A stretch of DNA of 64,000 nt from a virus. Its lineage: Duplodnaviria; Caudoviricetes. Positions 29,387-38,871 of this stretch are shown piece after piece. The DNA lies in the IMG/VR virus record IMGVR_UViG_3300025137_005045; one strand, written 5' to 3'. How positions within the stretch are numbered: the first letter of the stretch is position 1; each line of letters opens with the position of its first letter. The position numbers and the translations under genes were made by a program. A model generated the notes under the pieces. That model was not told where the DNA came from. It searched no databases and saw only the letters and a program-made list of their open reading frames with translations.

Positions 29387-30379
29387 ATGATTTCTTATCA
29401 TGATATAAAACATATCCACTTAGAAATATCTAGTTTATGTAATGCCCGATGTCCACTATGCCCTCGTAACTTTCACGGCTATCCCTATAATGATGGATAC
29501 ATAGAAAGAAACCTCACACTTGAAGATGTTAAAAAGATATTTGAACCCAACTTTGTGAAACAGTTAACGGGAGTAATGATCAATGGTAACTTTGGAGACT
29601 GTGTTATGAATACAGAAACTCCAGACATCATTGAATATTTTAAAACATACAGTCCTAATATTAAAATAGATATAAACACCAATGGTGGTGCACGCTCTAA
29701 ACAGTTTTGGCAACGGTTAGCTAAACTAGATGTTCGAGTATTTTTTGCATTGGACGGATTATCCGATACACATTCTATATATAGGCAAGACACGGTATAT
29801 GAAACAGTAATAAAGAATGCACAAACATTTATCAACGCAGGCGGTAATGCTATTTGGAAAATGATTCCTTTTGATCATAATCAACATCAAATTAAAGAAT
29901 GTCAAGCACTAAGTAAAGAACTTGGATTCAGTAACTTCATGTTAACAGACCAAGGTAGAGACAATGGAGTTGCAGTTGACAAAAAAGGCAAGGTTATTAA
30001 CGTAATAGGTAAGCCTGAGGTTATTAACTTTGATCAGCTATTAGAATCTAAAAAGACAGATGAGATATTATTAGAAGATCTTAATCCTGTGATCAAAAAC
30101 ATAACCTGTGAAGTAAAGAAAAGTAAATCAATATATGTAACAAGTACAGGAGAAGTATATCCGTGTTGTTATACTGGCTTTTATCCTAGAACATATGGTC
30201 ATGGACAATACTATCAAGTAGTTAATCAACAGTTAAAGGACATCATTGAACCTAACAATGCGTTAGAAACTTCTTTACAAGAAAGTATTAGTTGGTTTAA
30301 TAGTGTTGAGGAAAGTTGGAGTAATAAAGATTTCAACAATGGCCGTTTAGTTATCTGTAACGATGTTTGCGGTTCCTGA
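29387..30379 (+). CDS. radical SAM protein with twitch/SPASM-like C-terminus
   Basis: CNARCPLC (CX3CX2C), NTNGG, ALDG, VYPCC, C-terminal C..VC. Confidence 0.88.
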   Translation: MISYHDIKHIHLEISSLCNARCPLCPRNFHGYPYNDGYIERNLTLEDVKKIFEPNFVKQLTGVMINGNFGDCVMNTETPDIIEYFKTYSPNIKIDINTNGGARSKQFWQRLAKLDVRVFFALDGLSDTHSIYRQDTVYETVIKNAQTFINAGGNAIWKMIPFDHNQHQIKECQALSKELGFSNFMLTDQGRDNGVAVDKKGKVINVIGKPEVINFDQLLESKKTDEILLEDLNPVIKNITCEVKKSKSIYVTSTGEVYPCCYTGFYPRTYGHGQYYQVVNQQLKDIIEPNNALETSLQESISWFNSVEESWSNKDFNNGRLVICNDVCGS

Positions 30380-30410
30380 TAAATATACAGACTAGAGAGA
30401 ATAATAACCT

Positions 30411-30656
30411 ATGCAAAAAAAGACTAGAAGTATATTAGACGAACTAAATGACTTGCACATTCCAAAAGATAAAACACATCTTGTTGAAAGTCGTGCCAGT
30501 AATATTATCCAGTCGGCAATTAATCTATTTGAACAGATTGATAAAGCATATGACAGAGAGCAGGCAGACGACCTTCAGCGTAAATTCGTCAATGCCATTA
30601 AAACCAGAGATCCAAAAAAGTTTTATAGATCAGTGAGACGTAAAGATGAAGATTAA
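30411..30656 (+). CDS. small late protein
   Basis: Late box at 30380. Confidence 0.7.
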   Translation: MQKKTRSILDELNDLHIPKDKTHLVESRASNIIQSAINLFEQIDKAYDREQADDLQRKFVNAIKTRDPKKFYRSVRRKDED

Positions 30657-31185
30657 TGAAATAATAAATGAAGGTATACTCGATCGACTACTTGGAAGAA
30701 ATACACAAGATAGAGAGCAAGCTATAAATGCCCAAGCAATGGTAGGAGCATCGAAAATAGCCGCAAGAGCATGGGGCAAGTACAAACAAAATTTAGAACG
30801 TATCAATAATTACAATCCAGTACCAAAAGCAATGCTTAACGATAAATTAATAAAATGGATAGACGATAATCTATTAGGATCTTATTCCTTAGCCAACGGA
30901 GGAAATGTCCTGAATACGGTTGTTAAAAGAATGTCCAGTAATATAATGAGTAATCCCGAACAAACAGAAGATTCATTCAAACAAATATTAACTGTTGCAG
31001 GTAAAGTCGCATTGGATCCTACAGCAGGTGCCTCAAGCGGAGGAGGATTTGATCCAAAAAGACAGGATATTTGTCGTGACCAACCAACAACGGTAAAAGG
31101 CGACACAATATATGTATGCGGTGAGCCAATTAAAGATGGCGAGCCTGGATACAAAGAACTTGCTAATAAGTTGGGCATAAAATGA
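30646..31185 (+). CDS. putative internal head protein
   Basis: MKINEIINEG capsid-targeting-like N-terminus. Confidence 0.6.
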   Translation: MKINEIINEGILDRLLGRNTQDREQAINAQAMVGASKIAARAWGKYKQNLERINNYNPVPKAMLNDKLIKWIDDNLLGSYSLANGGNVLNTVVKRMSSNIMSNPEQTEDSFKQILTVAGKVALDPTAGASSGGGFDPKRQDICRDQPTTVKGDTIYVCGEPIKDGEPGYKELANKLGIK

Positions 31186-32987
31186 TAATACTTGAGGGCG
31201 GTAACGTATTCAAAGACGAAAACAAACAACCGTTAACGCAACGTATCAATCTTGCTGACATTAAGCCAACAATACAACAATTAGAAAAACTTACTGGATT
31301 ATCCTTGCAAGATAACATGTTAGGTAGTACAGGTAATAAAGCAACCAGTGGTGATTTAGATCTATCAGTTGATGTTACAAAAACTTCAAAAGAACAACTA
31401 ATACAAACACTCAAGGCCAAAGGCGTGGATGACAAAGATATCGCTAAGTCGGGCGACAGTGTTCATTACAAAGCACCTATAAAAGGTGATCCCAACAATG
31501 GTTATGTACAAGCAGACTTTATGTTTGGTAATCCAGACTGGCAAAAGTTTAGTTTAAATGTTGTTGGAAACAGCGAATTTAAAGGAGTGCATAGACATAT
31601 CCTATTAGCAAGTATTGCCAAAGCAAGAGGACTTAAATGGAGTTATAAAAATGGTCTGTTGGTTAGAGACAGTAACAGATTGTTATCAGTTGATCCAGAC
31701 GAAATTGCTAAAATATTAATTGGTGGAACACGTAAAGATTTAAATTCAGTTGAATCAATAATTGCTAAAGTCAAACAAGATCCTGAATACGAAACACTAG
31801 TGGCAGATGCAAAGGAAACATTTGAAAAAGATGGATTGGTATTAGAAGATGCCAATGATGCAAACTTTTTAGCACGTTTAAGAGATCGTATTGTTAATCA
31901 AGGTATGCAAGTAATTATAGAAGCGGCTCGTATAGAACATCCTGAAGATATGATATTTGATGGTGCCAGCCAAGGTGCACTTAAAGCTATTGCTACCCTC
32001 AGATCATTACCCAAGCAAGCTGAAGACATCACAATTAAATGGGACGGAAAACCTGCGATTGTTTTTGGACGTAATCCACAAGGACAGTTTGTGTTAACAG
32101 ACAAGTCAGGATTCACTGCTAAAGGTTATAATGGATTAGCAACAAGCTCAACACAATTAGAAAAGATAATGCAACAACGTGGTGGCGAACGAGGTGATCT
32201 TGTTAACATGTATAAAACTATATGGCCTGCACTAGAAGCACAAACACCAAAAGGTATGAAAGGTTATCTTATGGGTGACTTGCTATATGTAGGTACACCA
32301 AAAGAAAGCAACGGTAGGTATACCTTTACTCCAAACACGGTTTCATATGCAATAGACAAAAGCACAGATCTAGGTGATCAGATAGGTAACAGTGTGGCCG
32401 CATTAGCAGTACACACATTCAAAAGAAGTCCTGAAGATGCAGGACAACCATTCAGCGATATTGCACAACTAGGACAAGGTCAAGTATTAATACTAGGTCC
32501 TAAAATGTCACAAACACCAACAGTTGATGTTCCAGAAGCACAATTGAGTGAACTTGAATCAACAATAAGAAAGAACTCAGATAAAATTGATGTGTTGTTT
32601 AATCCAGCAAGCCTACGTGAGTATCAACTTTCTAACTTGCCGGCACTAATGAAACAGTACGGTAATCAAAAAGTTCGACAGGGTAACTTTAGTAACATGG
32701 CAGAAGGCTTCTTGGAATTTGCGTCAACTAAAGTAACTCCTCAGAAATTGGAAAGATTAACTGAATTTTCCACAGACAATGCTCGTGCATTAGAACTAAC
32801 GTTTACATTGTTTAGAATGATAGGTGCTATTAAAACTAAAATTGTTAGACAACTGGACAGTGCCAGTTCAGGTGTAGAAGCAAGTATAGATGGCGAACCA
32901 GGACATGAAGGATATGTTACTAGTGGTATTAAACTTGTGGATAGATTACGATTTTCAAAATCAAACTTTGCAAAGAATTTACAATAA
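31182..32987 (+). CDS. Pol-beta nucleotidyltransferase fused to ligase-type (KxDG) nucleotidyltransferase
   Basis: GSTG...GDLDLSVD plus VQADF; KWDGKP motif I, HEGYV motif IV, KLVDR motif V. Confidence 0.7.
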   Translation: MIILEGGNVFKDENKQPLTQRINLADIKPTIQQLEKLTGLSLQDNMLGSTGNKATSGDLDLSVDVTKTSKEQLIQTLKAKGVDDKDIAKSGDSVHYKAPIKGDPNNGYVQADFMFGNPDWQKFSLNVVGNSEFKGVHRHILLASIAKARGLKWSYKNGLLVRDSNRLLSVDPDEIAKILIGGTRKDLNSVESIIAKVKQDPEYETLVADAKETFEKDGLVLEDANDANFLARLRDRIVNQGMQVIIEAARIEHPEDMIFDGASQGALKAIATLRSLPKQAEDITIKWDGKPAIVFGRNPQGQFVLTDKSGFTAKGYNGLATSSTQLEKIMQQRGGERGDLVNMYKTIWPALEAQTPKGMKGYLMGDLLYVGTPKESNGRYTFTPNTVSYAIDKSTDLGDQIGNSVAALAVHTFKRSPEDAGQPFSDIAQLGQGQVLILGPKMSQTPTVDVPEAQLSELESTIRKNSDKIDVLFNPASLREYQLSNLPALMKQYGNQKVRQGNFSNMAEGFLEFASTKVTPQKLERLTEFSTDNARALELTFTLFRMIGAIKTKIVRQLDSASSGVEASIDGEPGHEGYVTSGIKLVDRLRFSKSNFAKNLQ

Positions 32988-33553
32988 TGGAATTTATTAA
33001 AGACATAACAGAATCAAGAATGTATCGTAGACTAGGACAGCTCACAGGCAAAAATGTCAATGATCTAGCTAGTCAAACATTTACACATCTATTGATGTTA
33101 AGATCATTGTACGATTTAGATAAGCCCAAGGCAGTTAAATATGCCAAAGAAATAGTAAACAATCTAAACTTCAATGGTTTTAGGGCAAGCATGCCGGATT
33201 TATATAACATGTTGGTCATGATCATAGAACAGAAAAAGTACGGTGACAGGCTGTTTAACAATTGGGAAGTAACTGTTCCTGAAATGCGTATCAAACGTGT
33301 GTTTAGAGCTATGGCACAGGGGGAACTAGATTCCAATGACTTTGCACAACTAATGTTAATCCTACAACGCAAGTTTCCAAAAATAGACGGTGACCAAATG
33401 CGTATGCGTAGAATGGTACAGGATAGTACAAAATCTACAGCATCTGATCGTAAATGGATGCACAAACGCCTTATACAGATGTCAAGAAGGATAGTTAATT
33501 CAGACTTACATCAGCTATATCAACAGGTTAGTGGAGTAAAACTAGACACATAA
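32987..33553 (+). CDS. putative internal head protein
   Basis: MEFIKDITES N-terminus. Confidence 0.6.
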   Translation: MEFIKDITESRMYRRLGQLTGKNVNDLASQTFTHLLMLRSLYDLDKPKAVKYAKEIVNNLNFNGFRASMPDLYNMLVMIIEQKKYGDRLFNNWEVTVPEMRIKRVFRAMAQGELDSNDFAQLMLILQRKFPKIDGDQMRMRRMVQDSTKSTASDRKWMHKRLIQMSRRIVNSDLHQLYQQVSGVKLDT

Positions 33554-33620
33554 TTTTGGTATTTTTGACTAAATAAGTGCAGGGAAGAAACAAATTCCCA
33601 CTTATTAGGAGAAACATATT

Positions 33621-33968
33621 ATGGCAGTAGTAACTAGAGTACATCCAGTAACATCAGCGATTGGTGTTGAAACAGCAGGTAACTTGCAGTTTTTCACTGT
33701 AACATACCCAAGTGCAGTAAACACTAAAACTGGTCCTGAGTCAACACAAGAAGCAGTTAAAAGAGCCATTGGCGATCTTGCAACAATTATTGCAATTGGA
33801 ACCTTAGGTAACTCAAACACAGAGCAAACATTTGCTGTTGAAGCAATTGGTGGCGATAATGTTACAGCGACATTACTTGATGCGGCATTTGATGCATTAG
33901 GTACAGTAGATTCAATTAACTGTGCTAACGTAACAACAACACTTAAAGATTTATACATATCCGTATAA
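33621..33968 (+). CDS. small, probably abundant structural protein
   Basis: Own late box, strong TAGGAG SD, own terminator. Confidence 0.65.
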   Translation: MAVVTRVHPVTSAIGVETAGNLQFFTVTYPSAVNTKTGPESTQEAVKRAIGDLATIIAIGTLGNSNTEQTFAVEAIGGDNVTATLLDAAFDALGTVDSINCANVTTTLKDLYISV

Positions 33969-33990
33969 GTTAGTATAAGTTTTATTAAAG

Positions 33991-34020
33991 AACCCTACTT
34001 TTTAAGTGGGGTTTTTTATT
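33991..34020 (+). terminator. intrinsic terminator
   Basis: AACCCTACTT/AAGTGGGGTT stem plus T-run. Confidence 0.8.
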
Positions 34021-34036
34021 GGTGGTAAATATCTAT

Positions 34037-34312
34037 ATGAAACAACAAGACTTAATGCAACAAGATATGTTTGACGACTCTACCCAATGGATATATGAAT
34101 CACCTGATCAAGGTAAGACTGTGTATCGTAGAAAACTTGGGTCTGAGCCTGGTGATCGTGAAAGAATATCCACTGGCACTTTCGATAATGATTTTGACTA
34201 TGCTCATTTTGTTTATAGACAGGATTGGGACGAGCTAGCAGGAAAACACCCGGGCATTAAGGAATATCTCGACAAGCTAAGAATGTTAATAGCACTAGTA
34301 GATGAAAAATGA
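34037..34312 (+). CDS. hypothetical late protein
   Basis: TAAATA-N5-ATG 34037; WIYESPD.G.TVYRR. Confidence 0.7.
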   Translation: MKQQDLMQQDMFDDSTQWIYESPDQGKTVYRRKLGSEPGDRERISTGTFDNDFDYAHFVYRQDWDELAGKHPGIKEYLDKLRMLIALVDEK

Positions 34313-34737
34313 TAGTCTGCTGGACATTAGCTGATATCACATCAACAGGATATACTCGTAGGCCTAGCAATATCAAAGAATCTAAAAAACGTAATCAACA
34401 ACGTAACTACGAAACATTTTTACAGTTGATATCGATGCGTAATCAACCAACGGTTGTAATCGAACCTACAATGATGAATGATAGAGATATTACAGTAATG
34501 CCATTTGGTAAATCATATTTTCAGGACCTAGGATTCAAATATAATGTATGGATGTTTGCATTTGAGTGCGAACAAGAAACTGTATTTTCAAACGCAAGTA
34601 GTCAACTTGGCATGTTATTAGACGACTTTGACGGTGTTCCTATCATAACAGACCTAGATGAAAATGCTAAAATATCTAATACAATCAACACTATAGGTGA
34701 AAAGTGTAATACCTTTTTCCTACACCAAAACCAATAG
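34309..34737 (+). CDS. hypothetical protein
   Basis: 142 aa ORF coupled to the previous gene. Confidence 0.7.
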   Translation: MIVCWTLADITSTGYTRRPSNIKESKKRNQQRNYETFLQLISMRNQPTVVIEPTMMNDRDITVMPFGKSYFQDLGFKYNVWMFAFECEQETVFSNASSQLGMLLDDFDGVPIITDLDENAKISNTINTIGEKCNTFFLHQNQ

Positions 34738-34850
34738 AAGTGATAAATAAACGCAAAGCATCACAGAACGAACACACACACTAGGCACATTAAGGCTCAT
34801 TACAAACACACTAGTTTCAGTGATAAAAACCTATTGACGGAATTTATAAA

Positions 34851-35129
34851 ATGAGTGCTGTGAAAATCGAAAAACGAAACCTAGAAGCCCACGTGGAATT
34901 GTGTGCAGAGAGGTATGACGCATTGGAAGAAAAACTAGACGCGGTTGAAAAGAAAGTAGGCGCCCTTGAAACAGTTGTTCATGAGATCAAAGCAATGATC
35001 ACACATAACAATAGTTCACGACAAAAACAATTGATCAAATATAGTGTAACTATAATTGGATCTTTACTCGTATTAGTAGGATGGATGGTGGTGCACTTTA
35101 TGGTCCCATACATTTTTACAACAGTATAA
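34851..35129 (+). CDS. coiled-coil protein with C-terminal TM helix (holin/XhlA-like architecture)
   Basis: LEAHVELCAERY heptads followed by a hydrophobic helix. Confidence 0.5.
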   Translation: MSAVKIEKRNLEAHVELCAERYDALEEKLDAVEKKVGALETVVHEIKAMITHNNSSRQKQLIKYSVTIIGSLLVLVGWMVVHFMVPYIFTTV

Positions 35130-35131
35130 CT

Positions 35132-35602
35132 ATGTCTGCGGCGAGCCCAACATTTAAGAAATTTAATACACTCGCTCAGCAGAGTCTAGCATCAATATCT
35201 AAAAATATAATCGTAAAAAAACAAAACACCTATGAAGTATTTGGAAAATTTCAAATACGTAAACAAGAAGATGGCTTTGTTGTTTTTCATAATGACAAAC
35301 AAATTAACACTTTTTATTCTTCACGTAACGCACTTAGCTATTGTATATTCGAAAAAAACTTTAAGTACAATGAATCTAAATTACTAGAAAGATTGGACAG
35401 CAGATTACAGTCAAAATTATTTGATATTGAAGTAGCAAAAAATACTTTAACCAATTCAAAAGATAGTTTTAAGAAATTTAACGCATTGGCTAGAGTTGAG
35501 TTATATATAGATGAAACAAAAATTATTAAAGAACAAATTAACGAAGTAGTCGAGAAGGCTAAATACTTCCAACAAAGGGAATTAGACAATGAAGTTAACT
35601 GA
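35132..35602 (+). CDS. hypothetical protein
   Basis: Start ATG 35132. Confidence 0.65.
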   Translation: MSAASPTFKKFNTLAQQSLASISKNIIVKKQNTYEVFGKFQIRKQEDGFVVFHNDKQINTFYSSRNALSYCIFEKNFKYNESKLLERLDSRLQSKLFDIEVAKNTLTNSKDSFKKFNALARVELYIDETKIIKEQINEVVEKAKYFQQRELDNEVN

Positions 35603-36629
35603 TATACAACCAAAAACAGACGCTAAATTTATTAGCCGAGTAATTAATAATTACTTTGCTTCAAAAGTAGATGTTCCTGCATTGAAAGAAGGCAATGCTC
35701 GTACAATGCTTACCAAAGTAAAAGCGTTAATTAACGAAACTAAAAGCACACATAAGTTCCATACCAGTGAGAAAAGCCCAGCTTATCTACAATTGCTTTT
35801 GATGGAACAAGCATTACAATCTCAATTAAAAGAGTATGGTGCTGATAGTTCAAGATATCAGAGCGGAACTGCATATACAAGCCCTACATCATCGGTAATG
35901 GCTGACATTAAACCCGAGGATGACAAAGAAGATGACATGGAAGAAGATGTTAAAGAGGCTGAAATGCCTATGCCACAAGACTTTGTACCAGAACCTGTAG
36001 TAGCACAAACAATCAAAGATCTAGGACCTGGATTAGATCCAATGGCCAATGGCTTTTATGACCTAGCATACGGAAAACTGCTTAGTAATTATCTAGCACA
36101 GGAAACTCCAGAAATTAAGAAAAAATTTCAAATAAGCTGGAATTTAGCTTGGGCAAAACAAATGAGAGAGCTGTACAGTAGGGAGTACGGTGGATATCAA
36201 AAAAGACCAGTTAAAGAAGATAAGTTAACTGAAAGTGAAGTAGAAACAGCACAGGTTGTTTTAGCGGCACAGGACATGGTTGATAAAATTGCAGGTTGGA
36301 CGGAAGATGTTGCAGATATGCAATACAAAGATTTACCTGGTCTTGTTGAAATGATGCGTAATGAAGTTGGTGTCAATGAAGCACAAGCATTCTTAGATGC
36401 ACAAACAGCAACATTAACAACACTATTAGACTCATTGGAACAAGCAAAAACAGAAGCAACAACAGCTATGGCTCCTTTAACAGGTGAACAAGCAGTTGAT
36501 CCAAGCGAATTTAGTAAAGAGCCAGATCTAGATGCCGGTGTTGACAATGATACTCCACCTGACGTGGATAGTGACGGTGATATCACGGAACCAGATCTAG
36601 AACCAGATCTTGGCAGAGAAAGAAGATAA
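35589..36629 (+). CDS. putative prohead core/scaffold-like protein
   Basis: Repeated LKE/VKE/LTE sites, acidic linkers, helical. Confidence 0.5.
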   Translation: MKLTDIQPKTDAKFISRVINNYFASKVDVPALKEGNARTMLTKVKALINETKSTHKFHTSEKSPAYLQLLLMEQALQSQLKEYGADSSRYQSGTAYTSPTSSVMADIKPEDDKEDDMEEDVKEAEMPMPQDFVPEPVVAQTIKDLGPGLDPMANGFYDLAYGKLLSNYLAQETPEIKKKFQISWNLAWAKQMRELYSREYGGYQKRPVKEDKLTESEVETAQVVLAAQDMVDKIAGWTEDVADMQYKDLPGLVEMMRNEVGVNEAQAFLDAQTATLTTLLDSLEQAKTEATTAMAPLTGEQAVDPSEFSKEPDLDAGVDNDTPPDVDSDGDITEPDLEPDLGRERR

Positions 36630-36950
36630 ATGAAACTGTTTGAGGTCAACGGACAAGCATTAGAATTGGCCGCAATAATACAATATCTAATAGGTAAGAG
36701 TGACGAGCTAAAAACTAAACCTCAAATTAAAACAGATACATTTATTGATATGGCAAGACAGGCAGGTATAAACATATCACTTGATAATTTACAAGCATTA
36801 TCAACTCAAAATCCTTTGAAAAACATGATTACTCAGATAAATCAAGACACAATTGAATTTGGTATCTCGAACGATTTAAAAATGCCAGTTGATAAAGCAA
36901 GAGATGTTGTTAAAAAAATGGCAAAAAGATCCTTAGGTAAAAGAACTTAG
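36630..36950 (+). CDS. small putative head protein
   Basis: MKLFEV N-terminus. Confidence 0.6.
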   Translation: MKLFEVNGQALELAAIIQYLIGKSDELKTKPQIKTDTFIDMARQAGINISLDNLQALSTQNPLKNMITQINQDTIEFGISNDLKMPVDKARDVVKKMAKRSLGKRT

Positions 36951-36971
36951 ATAACTATTAACATGCTCTAC

Positions 36972-37005
36972 AAAAGCTCATACTCTAGCCAGAATGAGCT
37001 TTTTT
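36972..37005 (+). terminator. hairpin/terminator
   Basis: AAAAGCTCAT/ATGAGCTTTT stem with T-run. Confidence 0.65.
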
Positions 37006-37017
37006 AACCTCTCTGGG

Positions 37018-37046
37018 TTGACATCACCCGCTAAATAACGTAGTAT
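37018..37046 (+). promoter_or_regulatory. sigma70 promoter with nested late box for the isc genes
   Basis: TTGACA-N17-TAGTAT with TAAATA at 37032-37037. Confidence 0.65.
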
Positions 37047-37098
37047 ACAATTAATTATACAAGGAGTAATTGTCATAATAACAAATGAAAAACAAGTA

Positions 37099-38301
37099 AT
37101 GCCAATTTATATGGATTATTCTTCAACTACTCCTGTAGACCCTAGAGTGGCAGAAAAGATGATTCCATTTATTACTGAAGATTTTGGTAATCCAGCATCG
37201 CGAAGTCACCCATATGGTTGGACAGCTGACAAAGCTGTTGAGTCAGCAAGAAAGGAAGTTGCAAAGTTAGTGAATGCAGATGCCAGAGAAATTGTTTGGA
37301 CCTCAGGTGCCACTGAATCAAATAACTTAGCAATTAAAGGGGCGGGGAATTTTTATTCGGCTAAAGGTAAACATATTATTACCCTAGCCACCGAGCACAA
37401 AGCAGTAATTGATGCAGTAAGGGAAATGGAGCGTATTGGATATGAAGCAACATTTCTTACCCCTGAGCCAAATGGTTTGGTCGATATCGAAAAATTTAAA
37501 GATGCAATTAGACCAGATACAGTTCTGGCATCAGTAATGATGGTTAATAATGAGATTGGAGTGATTCAAGATATTGATGCACTTGGTAAGGTATGTAGAG
37601 CAGAAAAAATTATTTTTCATGTAGATGCCGCTCAGGCTACTGGAAAAGTAGAGATTGATCTTGAAAAATTACCGGTTGACCTTATGAGTTTTTCAGCCCA
37701 TAAAACGTACGGTCCAAAAGGTGTAGGTGCTTTATACGTAAGACGTAAACCAAGAATTAGAATACAAGCTCAAATACACGGAGGTGGTCACGAAAGAGGT
37801 ATGCGTTCAGGTACGTTAGCCACCCATCAGATTGTTGGTATGGGAGAAGCTTTTAGGATTGCCAGAGAAGAAATGCAAGAAGAGAATGCTCGTATAAAAA
37901 AGTTACAATTACGTCTTTTATCTGGGCTAACAGTCATTGACGAAACTTACGTTAACGGAGATTTAACAAATAGAGTTCCTCATAATTTAAATATTAGTTT
38001 CAACTACGTTGAGGGTGAATCATTGATTATGGCAATTAAAGGTATTGCAGTATCCAGTGGTTCTGCTTGTACATCAGCCAGCCTTGAGCCAAGTTATGTA
38101 TTAAGGGCATTAGGAAGAAATGATGAATTAGCTCATAGCTCAATAAGATTTTCTATTGGTCGTTACACAAAAGAAGAGGATATTGACTATACGATAAAAT
38201 TATTCAAAGAAAAGATTGGGAAATTAAGGGAACTATCCCCTCTTTGGGAAATGTTTCAAGATGGTGTTGACATAGAAAAAATCGAATGGGAAACACATTA
38301 A
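37099..38301 (+). CDS. iscS: cysteine desulfurase IscS
   Basis: [26 protein letters not shown] (PLP Lys), SSGSACTS (catalytic Cys). Confidence 0.97.
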   Translation: MPIYMDYSSTTPVDPRVAEKMIPFITEDFGNPASRSHPYGWTADKAVESARKEVAKLVNADAREIVWTSGATESNNLAIKGAGNFYSAKGKHIITLATEHKAVIDAVREMERIGYEATFLTPEPNGLVDIEKFKDAIRPDTVLASVMMVNNEIGVIQDIDALGKVCRAEKIIFHVDAAQATGKVEIDLEKLPVDLMSFSAHKTYGPKGVGALYVRRKPRIRIQAQIHGGGHERGMRSGTLATHQIVGMGEAFRIAREEMQEENARIKKLQLRLLSGLTVIDETYVNGDLTNRVPHNLNISFNYVEGESLIMAIKGIAVSSGSACTSASLEPSYVLRALGRNDELAHSSIRFSIGRYTKEEDIDYTIKLFKEKIGKLRELSPLWEMFQDGVDIEKIEWETH

Positions 38302-38321
38302 AATTTTAGGAGAAGTTAATT

Positions 38322-38711
38322 ATGGCTTATAGCGATAAAGTATTAGATCATTATGAGAATCCTCGTAATGTAGGATCGTTAGACAAAACCGATCCGTCAG
38401 TGGGAACTGGCATGGTAGGTGCTCCTGCTTGTGGTGATGTAATGAAGTTACAAATACAGGTAGAGGAAGGCATGATTAAGGATGCTAAGTTTAAAACATA
38501 TGGCTGTGGCTCAGCAATAGCAAGTTCAAGCCTAGTAACAGAAATGCTTAAAGGCATGCACATAAACGATGCACATGAAATTAAAAACTCAGCAATCGCA
38601 GAAGAACTAGCACTACCTCCAGTAAAGATACATTGCTCTGTGCTAGCAGAAGATGCTATTAAATCAGCGATAGCAGATTACAAAAAGAAAAATGATGAGC
38701 CAACCAGTTGA
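38322..38711 (+). CDS. iscU: Fe-S scaffold IscU
   Basis: YSDKVLDHYENPRN, GAPACGD, GCGSA, LPPVKIHC. Confidence 0.97.
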   Translation: MAYSDKVLDHYENPRNVGSLDKTDPSVGTGMVGAPACGDVMKLQIQVEEGMIKDAKFKTYGCGSAIASSSLVTEMLKGMHINDAHEIKNSAIAEELALPPVKIHCSVLAEDAIKSAIADYKKKNDEPTS

Positions 38712-38871
38712 AACACCTTGTATGGCAATATGCAGAACAGAAAATGACGTTTGTATTGGATGTGGAAGAACAACAGAAGAAATTGAAAAATGGCTCGACT
38801 ACACGGACAATGAACGTAAAATCGTAATGGAAAGATTAGAATCATCATTTGATGACCTAGACCTATTTTGA
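38692..38871 (+). CDS. DUF1289-like small Cys-rich protein (missed by the ORF track)
   Basis: 59 aa: TPCMAICRTENDVCIGCGRTTEEIEKW. Confidence 0.8.
   Translation: MMSQPVETPCMAICRTENDVCIGCGRTTEEIEKWLDYTDNERKIVMERLESSFDDLDLF

Noticed and set aside
36951-37007. TAACTA-N5-ATG mini-ORF (MLYKSSYSSQNELF)
   Set aside because: It coincides with the terminator hairpin, the box is non-canonical and there is no other support
37099-38711. isc genes as evidence that the window is bacterial chromosome
   Set aside because: They are embedded between phage head genes and a phage exonuclease, carry the phage late box, and lack iscR, hscAB and fdx
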